Below, in pieces: positions 29,984 through 38,508 of a stretch of DNA of 64,000 bases. Numbering within the stretch: position 1 is the stretch's first letter; the number at the start of each line of letters is the position of its first letter. The notes under the pieces are model-generated. The model was given only the letters and a program-made list of their open reading frames with translations, had not been told where the DNA came from and searched no databases. Position numbers and translations under genes: made by a program. This DNA comes from an uncultured Actinomycetes bacterium (lineage in GTDB: Bacteria; Actinomycetota; Thermoleophilia; Gaiellales; Gaiellaceae), in the NCBI GenBank assembly GCA_963756925.1, contig CAVWPL010000006.1, positions 38,020-102,019 of the forward strand, in the 5' to 3' direction.

Positions 29984-31179
29984 TGGGCATGGGACGGCGG
30001 CTCTTGCTCGTCTCCTTCGTCGCGCTCGGGCTCGCGGCTGCCACGCCGGCTGCCGGCCAGGAGGACCCCGGGTCCGAGAAGGCGCGCGTCGATCAGCGGA
30101 TCGCCGAGCTGCAGGCAGAGATCGACGCCGCCAAGGCCGAGGAGGGAGTGCTGACATCGCAGCTCTCGGCTGTCGTGTCCGAGCTGCGGGCTGCGCAGGA
30201 TGCGGTTGACGAGGCACAAGGCAGCCTCGACCTGCTCGAGGGACAGCTTGCGAGCGAGCGGGAGAAGCTCGGGCGGTTGACGACGCTCCTGAAGACGCAG
30301 ACAGCTCGGCTCGTGCGGTTGCAACGCGAGTACACACGAGTCGTCGAGGTGCTCGAGCAACGCGTTCGCGCGGCCTACATCAATGAGCCTCCGGACGCAC
30401 TCGCATTCATCGTCTCCGCATCGAGCTTCGCCGACCTCGTCGACAACTACGAGTTCGTGAAGCGGATCGGCGCGCAGGATCAGCGAATCGCGCTCGAGGT
30501 CGAGACCGCGCGGCAGAAGGCGGCTGACGAGCGACGAGCAACAGCTCGCACACGTGCTCTCACGGCGGCCGTCGTGTCGGTCATCGCCGCGCGGACCGAC
30601 GAAGCGCGGTCCGTTCGAGACCGCCTCGCAGCCGGCAGGGACTCGCTTGCGGCAGCGCGTCGGCTGAAGGAGAGTGCGATCTTCGACGCGCGCCAGACCC
30701 GGGAGGACTACCTCGAGGAGGTCGACGCACTCGCAGCGCAGAGCGCATCTCTTGCCGCGGCCATTCGAAGCGCTCAGACCGGCGCCGGCTCAATCGGAAC
30801 GGGATCACCTTCCTCGGCGGGGCTCATCTGGCCGGTGAGCGGGTCGGTCGTCAGCGGATTCGGTCTGCGCTGGGGTCGGATGCACGAGGGGATCGACATC
30901 GCCGCCTCGACAGGAACGCCCATCTGGGCGGCCGCGGCAGGAACCGTCATCCACGCCGGCTGGCTGGGCGGCTACGGAAATCTCGTGGTGGTCGACCACG
31001 GGAACGGGCTCGCAACCGCATACGCCCACGCGTCGGCAATCCTCGTGAGCGTCGGACAGAGCGTCTCCCAGGGTCAGACCGTGTCGCTCGTGGGCTCAAC
31101 GGGCAACTCCTCGGGCCCGCACCTGCACTTCGAGGTTCGGGTCAACGGCCTCGCCGTCGATCCGCTCCTGTACCTCTAG
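29983..31179 (+). CDS. M23 family metallopeptidase with N-terminal coiled coil (EnvC-like)
   Basis: Signal peptide: RRLLLVSFVALGLAAATPAAG. A long coiled coil follows. LytM motifs: HEGIDI (HxxxD) and GPHLHFEV (HxH). Confidence 0.85.
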   Translation: MGMGRRLLLVSFVALGLAAATPAAGQEDPGSEKARVDQRIAELQAEIDAAKAEEGVLTSQLSAVVSELRAAQDAVDEAQGSLDLLEGQLASEREKLGRLTTLLKTQTARLVRLQREYTRVVEVLEQRVRAAYINEPPDALAFIVSASSFADLVDNYEFVKRIGAQDQRIALEVETARQKAADERRATARTRALTAAVVSVIAARTDEARSVRDRLAAGRDSLAAARRLKESAIFDARQTREDYLEEVDALAAQSASLAAAIRSAQTGAGSIGTGSPSSAGLIWPVSGSVVSGFGLRWGRMHEGIDIAASTGTPIWAAAAGTVIHAGWLGGYGNLVVVDHGNGLATAYAHASAILVSVGQSVSQGQTVSLVGSTGNSSGPHLHFEVRVNGLAVDPLLYL

Positions 31180-31208
31180 GCGACAACCTCCCGAAGGTCG
31201 AGCGAGTC

Positions 31209-31808
31209 CTAGGCGGCGTCGGTTGCGGCTGCCGGGAGCTCTGTCGCGGCGACGAGGTGGAGATCGGGGAGCGCACGCCAGCGCTCGTCGAGGCCGAGTC
31301 CGTAGCCGGCGAAGAGCTCGTCGGGGACCGTGAACCCCACGTAGCGAAGCGGGAGCTTTTCGACCAGGCGACGATACGGTCGGTCGAGAAGCGTCACAGC
31401 TGCCAAGCTCGCAGGGTCACGAAGCGAGAGGGTCTTGCAGAGGAAGTGGAGAGTGAGCCCCGTGTCGACGACATCCTCGACGAGCAGCACGTGCCGGTCG
31501 CGGAGCGGCACGTCGACATCCTTGAGCAAGCGCACGCCTCCGCTTGCCGAACCCCCGACGGCGCCGGTGTACGGAGCAAGCTCGATGACATCGAGCGTGT
31601 GCGGGACCGGGAGCGCCCGAGTGAGGTCGGCGAGGAAGACGACGCTCGACTTCAACGGGGCGACGAGCAGCGGATCGAGGCCGTCGTAGTCCGCCGCGAT
31701 CTCGGCGCCGAGCTCGACCACGCGCGAGGCAATCTCCTGGCGCGCCAGGTAGATGTCGCCGACGTCCCCGTGCTCGGAGGGCATGACATGAGGTGGTCTC
31801 GTGTGCAT
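31209..31808 (-). CDS. hpt: hypoxanthine phosphoribosyltransferase
   Basis: PRPP-binding loop: HVLLVEDVVDTGLTL. Also KSSVVFLADL and YVGFTVPDELFAGYGLGLDERWR. The start may be the internal ATG at 31784. Confidence 0.85.
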   Translation of the reverse strand: MHTRPPHVMPSEHGDVGDIYLARQEIASRVVELGAEIAADYDGLDPLLVAPLKSSVVFLADLTRALPVPHTLDVIELAPYTGAVGGSASGGVRLLKDVDVPLRDRHVLLVEDVVDTGLTLHFLCKTLSLRDPASLAAVTLLDRPYRRLVEKLPLRYVGFTVPDELFAGYGLGLDERWRALPDLHLVAATELPAAATDAA

Positions 31809-31839
31809 GGACTAGACGGTCCAGCTCACGAGATCCGAC

Positions 31840-32208
31840 CTACGACGCCCAGCGCAGGTGATACCGCTGCGCGAGGCGCTCGATGTCGCGCCTGTAGAAG
31901 AGCTTGACCCGGATGTCGGGATAGAGCCGGCGAATCTCGCGGAGCTTGCGGTTCTTGCGCGTTACGAGTGACTGCTTCATCACCGTGACTTCGATGAAGA
32001 GCTCCTGGTCGGGGAGGTAGAAGTCCGGCGTGAACGCGCTGACGATGCGACCTTCGGCGTCTCTCTCGAGAACGAACGTATGCGGCTCGTAGTCCCAGCG
32101 CACACCGTAGTAGTCGAGGATCTTCGCGCACTCGAGCTCGGTGCGATTTGCAAACCGAGGTGGCTCCGGGCCGCAATATGCCTGGAAACCGGTGCTTTCT
32201 ACTTGCAC
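31840..32208 (-). CDS. small PD-(D/E)xK-like (TnsA/restriction-endonuclease-fold) protein, hypothetical
   Basis: 122-aa ORF. The helix-E / PD / E-x-K-like arrangement is ELECAKILDYYGVRWDYEP...FTPDFYLPDQELFIEVTVMK. Assignment is by motif pattern only. Confidence 0.4.
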   Translation of the reverse strand: MQVESTGFQAYCGPEPPRFANRTELECAKILDYYGVRWDYEPHTFVLERDAEGRIVSAFTPDFYLPDQELFIEVTVMKQSLVTRKNRKLREIRRLYPDIRVKLFYRRDIERLAQRYHLRWAS

Positions 32209-32274
32209 CTACGCCAGGGTACCAACCGCCTCGGATGGTACGAGAACGACGCACGAAGCCCCGCTGCGACCTCG

Positions 32275-32280
32275 TAGACT
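32275..32280 (+). promoter_or_regulatory. putative -10 hexamer TAGACT, 6 nt upstream of the first gene of the cDPG-like operon (leaderless-type)
   Basis: TAGACT at 32275-32280, spacer ctgacc, ATG at 32287. Confidence 0.4.
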
Positions 32281-32286
32281 CTGACC

Positions 32287-33093
32287 ATGTCGTCTCGCGC
32301 GGGGGTCTTCAGGATCGCCCAGATCTCGGATCTGCACTGCGGCGGGCCGTATTTCGAAGGGAGCCTGCTCGAGCGAGCGATCGGCGAGATCAACGAGCTC
32401 GAGCCCGACATCGTGGTCTGCAGCGGGGATTTGACGACATTCGGCTTCCGGCACGAGTACCTGACGGCCCGGGAATACCTCGATCGGATCGACTGCGACT
32501 CGCTGGTCGTCGTCCCCGGGAACCACGACTCGCGGAACGTCGGCTACGTTCACTTCGAGGAGATGTTCGGGGAGCGCAACTCGGTGCTGGCGAAGGGTGT
32601 CGTCGCGATCGTCGCCGTCGACTCGAGCGAACCGGACCTCGATCATGGTCAAATCGGGCGCGGCCGGTACCGCTGGATCGAGGAGCAGTTCGCGCGCGAG
32701 CCGGCCGACCTCAGAATCTTCATGCTTCATCACCATCTGCTCCCCGTTCCCGGCACCGGGCGCGAGCGCAACGTCGTCTACGACGCCGGGGACGCCATCG
32801 AGTGCCTCCAGCGCGCAGGTGTCCGCCTGGTGCTGTCCGGCCATAAGCATGTGCCGTACGTCTGGCGGCTCGAGGATCTGTTCGTCGTGAACGCCGGGAC
32901 GGTTTCGTCGCTCCGCCTACGCGGGAAGACAAGGCCTTGTTACAACGTGATCGAGATCGCCGATAGGCAGGTCGATATCTGGCGGCGGCATCCGTTCCAC
33001 GGCCAGGTGAAGCTCGTTCAGTTCTCGCTCGATACGCTCGAGTACGCGAAGTTCACGGGCGCCATCGAGGACGAGGTCACGACCCGCACTTGA
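32287..33093 (+). CDS. calcineurin-like metallophosphoesterase
   Basis: Motifs in order: ISDLH (DxH), SGDLT (GD), PGNHD (GNHD), MLHHH, SGHKH (GH). The stop overlaps the TTG start of the next gene (cTTGAgg at 33090-33093). Confidence 0.8.
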   Translation: MSSRAGVFRIAQISDLHCGGPYFEGSLLERAIGEINELEPDIVVCSGDLTTFGFRHEYLTAREYLDRIDCDSLVVVPGNHDSRNVGYVHFEEMFGERNSVLAKGVVAIVAVDSSEPDLDHGQIGRGRYRWIEEQFAREPADLRIFMLHHHLLPVPGTGRERNVVYDAGDAIECLQRAGVRLVLSGHKHVPYVWRLEDLFVVNAGTVSSLRLRGKTRPCYNVIEIADRQVDIWRRHPFHGQVKLVQFSLDTLEYAKFTGAIEDEVTTRT

Positions 33094-34346
33094 GGGCGCT
33101 CGCAGTCGTCGACGGCGAGCATTACGCATCCGTCGTCCGCGATGCGCTTGCCGGCTTGCCGTACGAGGTGGTCGGTGCCGTCCTCGTCGGTGGTACCGAG
33201 AAGCTCCGAGGCGGTGAGGACTACGGCGTTCCGCTCGCTGACGGGATGGCGGAGGCCATCGAACGCTTTCGGCCCGAGCTCGTCGTCGATCTCTCCGACG
33301 AGCCAGTGCTCGGACCGGTCGAGCGGTTCAGGCTCGCGAGCAGGGTGCTGGCGTCCGGGCTGCCGTACGTCGGCGCAGACTTCCGGTTCGATCCTCCTGT
33401 GCTCGAGGCGTTCGCCTCGCCGTCGATTGCGGTCATCGGAACGGGAAAGCGTGTGGGCAAGACCGCGGTCACCGCACATCTAGCGAGACTGCTGTCGACG
33501 CGGCTCGACGTTGTGGTCGTCGCCATGGGCCGGGGGGGACCGGCACACCCGGAGAGGATCACGGTTCAGCCGACGGTCGACGCGCTCGTCGAGTTGTCGC
33601 GGAGCGGCCGTCATGCTGCGTCCGACCATCTCGAGACCGCAGCACTGGTCGGCGTGGAGACGATCGGGTGCCGCCGGTGCGGTGGCGGACTCGCAGGGGG
33701 AGTCGTAGCGTCGAACGTCGCTGAGGGCGCACGGATGGCCGCTGGGCTCGAGCGCGATCTCGTGATCTTCGATGGAAGCGGAGCAGCGCTTCCCCCGATC
33801 GAGACGGATCGAAGGATCGTGGTCGTCGGCGGCCATCAGAACCCCTCGGTCGCGACGGGTTATCTGAACGAGTACCGGCTTCTCCTCGCCGACCTCGTGA
33901 TCGTGACGATGGCTGAGTCCGACTCGGGTTGGGAGAAGGTGCGAGACGCGGTTCGGTGCGTGGCGCGTGACGGGACCGAGGTCGTCGCTTCCGTGCTTCG
34001 TCCACGTCCGGCGGTCGACGTCAGCGGACGCACCGTGGCCTACTTCGCGACCGCGCCGCCTGCCGCGCACGACGTGCTCCGCGCCCACATCGTGCGTCGC
34101 TTCGGAGCCGACGTCGTGCATGTCTCCGGCAATCTGGGCGATCGAGCGGCGTTGCGTGACGAACTCGACAGCGTCGAGGCCGACGTGTTCGTCGTCGAGC
34201 TGAAAGCGGCCGCGATCGATGTCGTTGCCGAGCATGCGCGGGCTCGGGGGATCGAAGTCGTCCTCGCCGCAAATGACGTGATCCCTCTTCCGGGCGAAGG
34301 TGCACTTGACGAGATGCTGCTGGAAATGGCAGGAATTACGGTATGA
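33090..34346 (+). CDS. cpgS: cyclic 2,3-diphosphoglycerate synthetase-like protein
   Basis: 418-aa ORF. The N-terminus MRALAVVDGEHYASVVRDAL...VGGTEKL and Walker A IGTGKRVGKT match my recollection of the archaeal CpgS family (Methanothermus/Methanopyrus). It is translationally coupled on both sides. Assigned from memory; no search was run. Confidence 0.7.
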   Translation: MRALAVVDGEHYASVVRDALAGLPYEVVGAVLVGGTEKLRGGEDYGVPLADGMAEAIERFRPELVVDLSDEPVLGPVERFRLASRVLASGLPYVGADFRFDPPVLEAFASPSIAVIGTGKRVGKTAVTAHLARLLSTRLDVVVVAMGRGGPAHPERITVQPTVDALVELSRSGRHAASDHLETAALVGVETIGCRRCGGGLAGGVVASNVAEGARMAAGLERDLVIFDGSGAALPPIETDRRIVVVGGHQNPSVATGYLNEYRLLLADLVIVTMAESDSGWEKVRDAVRCVARDGTEVVASVLRPRPAVDVSGRTVAYFATAPPAAHDVLRAHIVRRFGADVVHVSGNLGDRAALRDELDSVEADVFVVELKAAAIDVVAEHARARGIEVVLAANDVIPLPGEGALDEMLLEMAGITV

Positions 34347-35260
34347 GCGAGCGCAGGCACGTCATTCCGCTGCCGTTGGGCGACGAGATTCCGTTCTCGA
34401 AGGGGCTCATGGCGCGAGCGCTCATCGTGACCGGCCTCGATCCGGAGCGTTCGCATCTGATCGCCCGACGCGTGGACAAGGACTTGAGCGAGCGCAATGT
34501 CGCGTCACTCGATCTCGACCGACTCAGTGAGCTCGCAGCCGATGTCATCGGCGTCGACGAAGCCGCGAGAACGGTTCGTCGGCTTAGGAGACTGGACGCG
34601 CTCCAAAGACTCGACGAGCCGCTCCTGCTGCTCGTTGGAGGCGCGACAGGCACCGGCAAGTCGTCCATCGCCACCGAGGCTGCGCATCGGCTCGGCATCA
34701 CTCGCGTTACTTCGACGGACTTCATCCGGCAGACGATGCGCGCGTTCTTCGCTGAGGAGTTCATGCCGTCCGTGCACTACTCGAGCTTCGAGGCGCGCCT
34801 CGCTCTGACGAGAGCCGAGGAAGAAGAGTCGGGCGACGCAGCGATTCTCGGTTTCCTCGACCAGACCCGCAACGTGCTCGTCGGTGTGCAAGCCGCGCTC
34901 GAGCGGGCGGCGACCGAGCGGTGGTCGATGGTGCTCGAAGGCGTTCACCTCGTTCCGGGCATGGTCGCTGCGGAAGTGCCCGAAGCGTTCGTGGTGCAAT
35001 GCGTGGTGGCGATCGAGGACGAGAACCTCCACCGAAGTCACTTCTGGGTTCGCGACTACGCGACCGACGGGCTACGACCGCTCGAGAAGTACCTCGATGC
35101 GCTCCCCCAGATCCGAGAGATTCAGGACTATCTCGTCGAGCGGGCACGCCGACACGACATTCCGGTCATCGTCAACGACTCGTTCGATCATGCTCTCGCG
35201 GAGGTTATGGACCTCGTGCTGCGTCGCGCCGACCAGCTTGTCGGCGCTCCAACAAGCTGA
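34343..35260 (+). CDS. 2-phosphoglycerate kinase-like protein
   Basis: 305-aa ORF. N-terminal domain IPFSKGLMARALIVTGL. P-loop LLLVGGATGTGKSSIA followed by ITRVTSTDFIRQTMR, the pattern I associate with COG2074 2-phosphoglycerate kinase. ATGA overlap with the upstream gene at 34343-34346. Confidence 0.7.
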   Translation: MSERRHVIPLPLGDEIPFSKGLMARALIVTGLDPERSHLIARRVDKDLSERNVASLDLDRLSELAADVIGVDEAARTVRRLRRLDALQRLDEPLLLLVGGATGTGKSSIATEAAHRLGITRVTSTDFIRQTMRAFFAEEFMPSVHYSSFEARLALTRAEEEESGDAAILGFLDQTRNVLVGVQAALERAATERWSMVLEGVHLVPGMVAAEVPEAFVVQCVVAIEDENLHRSHFWVRDYATDGLRPLEKYLDALPQIREIQDYLVERARRHDIPVIVNDSFDHALAEVMDLVLRRADQLVGAPTS

Positions 35261-35288
35261 GCTGCGCGGTCAAGCCACACTCCGTGTC

Positions 35289-35294
35289 TAGACT
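35289..35294 (+). promoter_or_regulatory. putative -10 hexamer TAGACT, 6 nt upstream of the GTG start at 35301
   Basis: TAGACT at 35289-35294, spacer ggttgc, GTG at 35301. Confidence 0.4.
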
Positions 35295-35300
35295 GGTTGC

Positions 35301-35600
35301 GTGGTCACTCGCGAGGACGTCGTCGAAGCCCTGCACGGGGTGGAGGATCCGGAGCTCGGCATGGACATCGTCGAGCTCGGGCTCATGTATGACGTCGAGG
35401 TCGACGGGCCGAGCGTGAAGATCGTCTACAGCCTCACGTCGATGGGCTGTCCGGCGGGAGCGATGATCGCCGACGGAATCGTCGAGGCGGCGCGGGGGGT
35501 CCCCGGCGTCGCCGAGGTCGAGGCGGAGCTCACGTTCGATCCGCCGTGGACACCGGATCGCATGTCGGACGACGCGAAGTTCATCCTCGGCTTCGGCTAG
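35301..35600 (+). CDS. DUF59/MIP18 family Fe-S assembly protein (SufT/PaaD-like)
   Basis: 99-aa ORF with VEDPELGMDIVELGLMYDV...SLTSMGCPAG...LTFDPPWTPDRMS. Confidence 0.8.
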   Translation: MVTREDVVEALHGVEDPELGMDIVELGLMYDVEVDGPSVKIVYSLTSMGCPAGAMIADGIVEAARGVPGVAEVEAELTFDPPWTPDRMSDDAKFILGFG

Positions 35601-35829
35601 CACCACAGGCTTGGGTGCGTTCGGCGATCCTGCCGGCGGGAGCGGGTGGGATATCGAGCGGATCCGTGACGAACCTCGCGGTGCGATCCTGCATGCTTCT
35701 GGATCGCGGTACGTCTTGCGCTCCCTACGCTCGAGCCCGCTGCGACCGCGCCTGATGGACATCCTCTCGCCACCCCATGCCGCCACATCGTCGAACCTGA
35801 GCGTCGTCGAAACCGCGCTGGTTCTGTAG

Positions 35830-36831
35830 CTACGGGCTCTGTTGCTCCGGGATTCCGAGGACGACCTTGCCGAACTGCGCGCCCGACTCGAGACGCTCAT
35901 GCGCCCGCGCCGCCTCTGCCAGTGGGAATACCTGGTCGACGTGGACTCGCGCCCGGCCGTCACGGATGAGCTCGTACGCACCCTCGAAGTCCGTCGCAGT
36001 ACCCATCGTCGACCCGTAGAGCACAAGCTGCTTCCACCACAGGCGGTACAGCCGGGCTGGCGGGCTGTGCCCACTCGTCGCGCCGCACACGACGACTCGG
36101 CCCTCGTACCCGGCAGCCGCAAGCGACCGCTCCCACGTCGCCTCGCCCACGGTCTCGACGACGATCTCGGCGCCGCGTCCGTCCGTTGCCTCTTTCACGG
36201 ACGCGACAACGTCGTCGGTGGCGTGATTCACGACGACGTCCGCACCAAGCTCGCGGGCACGCTCGAGCTTGTCGGGGTTGGACGACGTGACGACGGTGTG
36301 AGCGCCGAGCGCGCGACAGATCTCGAAGGCCGCGAGCGCAACACCGCCGCCGATTCCCCAGATGAGAACCCATTCACCCGCCTCGACGCGCGCCTTCGTG
36401 ACGAGCATTCGGTATGCGGTTTCGAAGACGAGCGGAAAGGCCGCTCCCTCCTCGAACGACAGCGAGTCAGCGAGCGGATAGAGCTGCGCGGTCGGGATGG
36501 CTTTCAGCTCGCAGTACGTCCCGTCGGTGTGCTCGCCGATCACCGTCACGCGACCGTCGTGGACGATCCCAGGATTCACCACGACCCGATCACCGAGCGA
36601 GAAGCCTTCGACGCCATCGCCGAGCGCGGCAACGATGCCGGAACCGTCTGCACCGAGGATCCGAGGCTTGGGAACGGACGGCAGGCCCTTCCTGATCCAG
36701 ATGTCCAGATGATTGAGGCCGGCAGCGCGCAGTTCGACGAGAACCTCGCCAGCTTCAGGAGTCGGGTCGGGTACGTCCTCGTACTGGAGAACCTCTGATC
36801 CTCCGTCGGCGTGGATGCGAACGGCCTTCAC
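35830..36831 (-). CDS. zinc-type alcohol dehydrogenase / quinone oxidoreductase family protein
   Basis: MDR family pattern: KAVRIHADGGSEVL, LNHLDIW, nucleotide-binding loop IWGIGGGVALAAFEI. Start set at the GTG encoding VKAVRIH. The ORF-track start is 36849. Confidence 0.85.
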   Translation of the reverse strand: MKAVRIHADGGSEVLQYEDVPDPTPEAGEVLVELRAAGLNHLDIWIRKGLPSVPKPRILGADGSGIVAALGDGVEGFSLGDRVVVNPGIVHDGRVTVIGEHTDGTYCELKAIPTAQLYPLADSLSFEEGAAFPLVFETAYRMLVTKARVEAGEWVLIWGIGGGVALAAFEICRALGAHTVVTSSNPDKLERARELGADVVVNHATDDVVASVKEATDGRGAEIVVETVGEATWERSLAAAGYEGRVVVCGATSGHSPPARLYRLWWKQLVLYGSTMGTATDFEGAYELIRDGRARVHVDQVFPLAEAARAHERLESGAQFGKVVLGIPEQQSP

Positions 36832-36847
36832 GAGGCAGAATCCTCGC

Positions 36848-37855
36848 ATGACTGCGGCCGAGCTGACGCGGCTTGCGACGGATCTCGGGCTCGAAGTGGT
36901 CGGAGCAGCAGCCGCGAGTCCCTACGAGGACACCGAGAGGCACATCGTGGAACGCCGCGAGAGAGGGCTCTTCGCAGACATGCGATTCACGATGGCCAGA
37001 CCGGAGGTGTCGTGTCACCCCGAGCGGTTGTTCGTTGGTGCGCGCACCGTCATCTCGGTCGCCCACTGCTACTACTCGCGGCGTCCAGCCCCGAAGGCGG
37101 ACGAAGGTTGTCTCCCTCGATACACATGGCGAGACGCGTATGAGGATCTGCGAACCCGCCTGGATGAGCTCGGACGACGCATCGGAGGGCGCTATCGAGT
37201 GCTCGTCGATGCAAACGACCACGTCGACCGCGAGGCCGCCGTGCGAGCGGGGGTTGGCTTCTACGGGAAGAACACGATGGTCATCACACCCTCGCACGGC
37301 TCCTGGGTCGTGCTCGGCTCGCTCGTCACGGAGATCGAGATCGAGGCGACGCCACCCCTCGAGCTCGACTGCGGTGCGTGTCGTCTCTGCGTCGATGCCT
37401 GTCCGACAGGTGCTCTCGACGAGCCCGGCGTGCTGGATTCGACACGCTGTTTGTCGTACTGGACGCAGGCGCCGCGAGCGATCCCCGAGGACTTTCGCTC
37501 CGAGCTCGGGGCAATGGTCTACGGATGCGACATCTGTCAGGACGTCTGCCCCTGGAATCACGGAGTTGAGCGACGTACGGCAGAGTCGGAGCTCGACGGG
37601 GGCGCGCAGCCGAGCGTCTCGCTCCGTGACTGGCTCGAGCAGGACGGAGTCGAGCTTGTGTCCGAGTTCGAGCGCCTATACGTGCCACGCAATGACCCAC
37701 GCTGGTTGCGGCGCAATGCCTTGATCGCAGCAGGAAACGTTGGCTCGAGTGCCCTGGCACCGCTCGTTGCCGCGTATGCCGACACCGACGACGATGTTCT
37801 CAGCGATGCCGCGGGCTGGGCGCTGGCACAGATCGCCGGGAGGTCGGAACCATGA
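36848..37855 (+). CDS. queG: epoxyqueuosine reductase QueG
   Basis: Internal ATG 36848 of ORF 36713..37855. Motifs: GLFADMRFTMARPE, GVGFYGKNTMVI, two 4Fe-4S motifs CGACRLCVDACP and CDICQDVCPWN, and a HEAT-like C-terminus. Confidence 0.88.
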   Translation: MTAAELTRLATDLGLEVVGAAAASPYEDTERHIVERRERGLFADMRFTMARPEVSCHPERLFVGARTVISVAHCYYSRRPAPKADEGCLPRYTWRDAYEDLRTRLDELGRRIGGRYRVLVDANDHVDREAAVRAGVGFYGKNTMVITPSHGSWVVLGSLVTEIEIEATPPLELDCGACRLCVDACPTGALDEPGVLDSTRCLSYWTQAPRAIPEDFRSELGAMVYGCDICQDVCPWNHGVERRTAESELDGGAQPSVSLRDWLEQDGVELVSEFERLYVPRNDPRWLRRNALIAAGNVGSSALAPLVAAYADTDDDVLSDAAGWALAQIAGRSEP

Positions 37856-38508
37856 AGAACGCCGACCGCGAGCTCTTGGCTCTTCTCGTGCACGAGGTGC
37901 GGAGTCCGACGGCAGCGCTCGCCGCGATCGCGACCGCGCTGTCCGATGACCGTCTCGACGACGACACCGTGACCGATCTGATCGCGCTCGCCCTGGCTGC
38001 ATCGAGAGGCATCGAGCGTGTGGTCAGCGATACGGCCCCGGGCTCCCTTCAACTCGAGGACGTCGACGTGGTCCCGCTCGCTGGAGCCGCGGTGGCGAGT
38101 GCAGTACTGAGCGGCGGACACGTTCGAGTCGCGCTTGGAGCCTCGCCGCTGGTTGTGCGCGGTGATCCGATTCGAATTCGACAGGCGATGGACAACCTCA
38201 TCGCCAACGCGGTGGTGCACTCGCCGCACGGCACAGAGGTCGTCGTGGGTGCTGAGCTCGTACGCGGAGCCGTGCGCATCTCGGTCCAGGACATGGGCGA
38301 TGGAATTCCCGAGGAAAAGCACGAATCGATCTTCGATCCAGGAGTGCGCCTCGATCGCCAGGCACCCGGCTCCGGTCTCGGTCTCGCTGTTGCACGGGCG
38401 ATCGCAGAGGCTCACGGAGGGACGCTGTCAGTCCGGTCTTCACCCGGGAAAGGCGCAACCTTCGTGCTTTCGTTGCCAAGCGAGCTGTCTGCTAGCCCGC
38501 AGGAGTAG
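37852..38508 (+). CDS. soluble sensor-less histidine kinase (DHp + HATPase_c only)
   Basis: 218-aa ORF with H-box VHEVRSPTAAL, N-box MDNLIANAVVHSP, and G-boxes QDMGDGIP and GSGLGLAVA. No transmembrane or input domain. ATGA overlap with the queG stop at 37852-37855. Confidence 0.8.
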   Translation: MKNADRELLALLVHEVRSPTAALAAIATALSDDRLDDDTVTDLIALALAASRGIERVVSDTAPGSLQLEDVDVVPLAGAAVASAVLSGGHVRVALGASPLVVRGDPIRIRQAMDNLIANAVVHSPHGTEVVVGAELVRGAVRISVQDMGDGIPEEKHESIFDPGVRLDRQAPGSGLGLAVARAIAEAHGGTLSVRSSPGKGATFVLSLPSELSASPQE

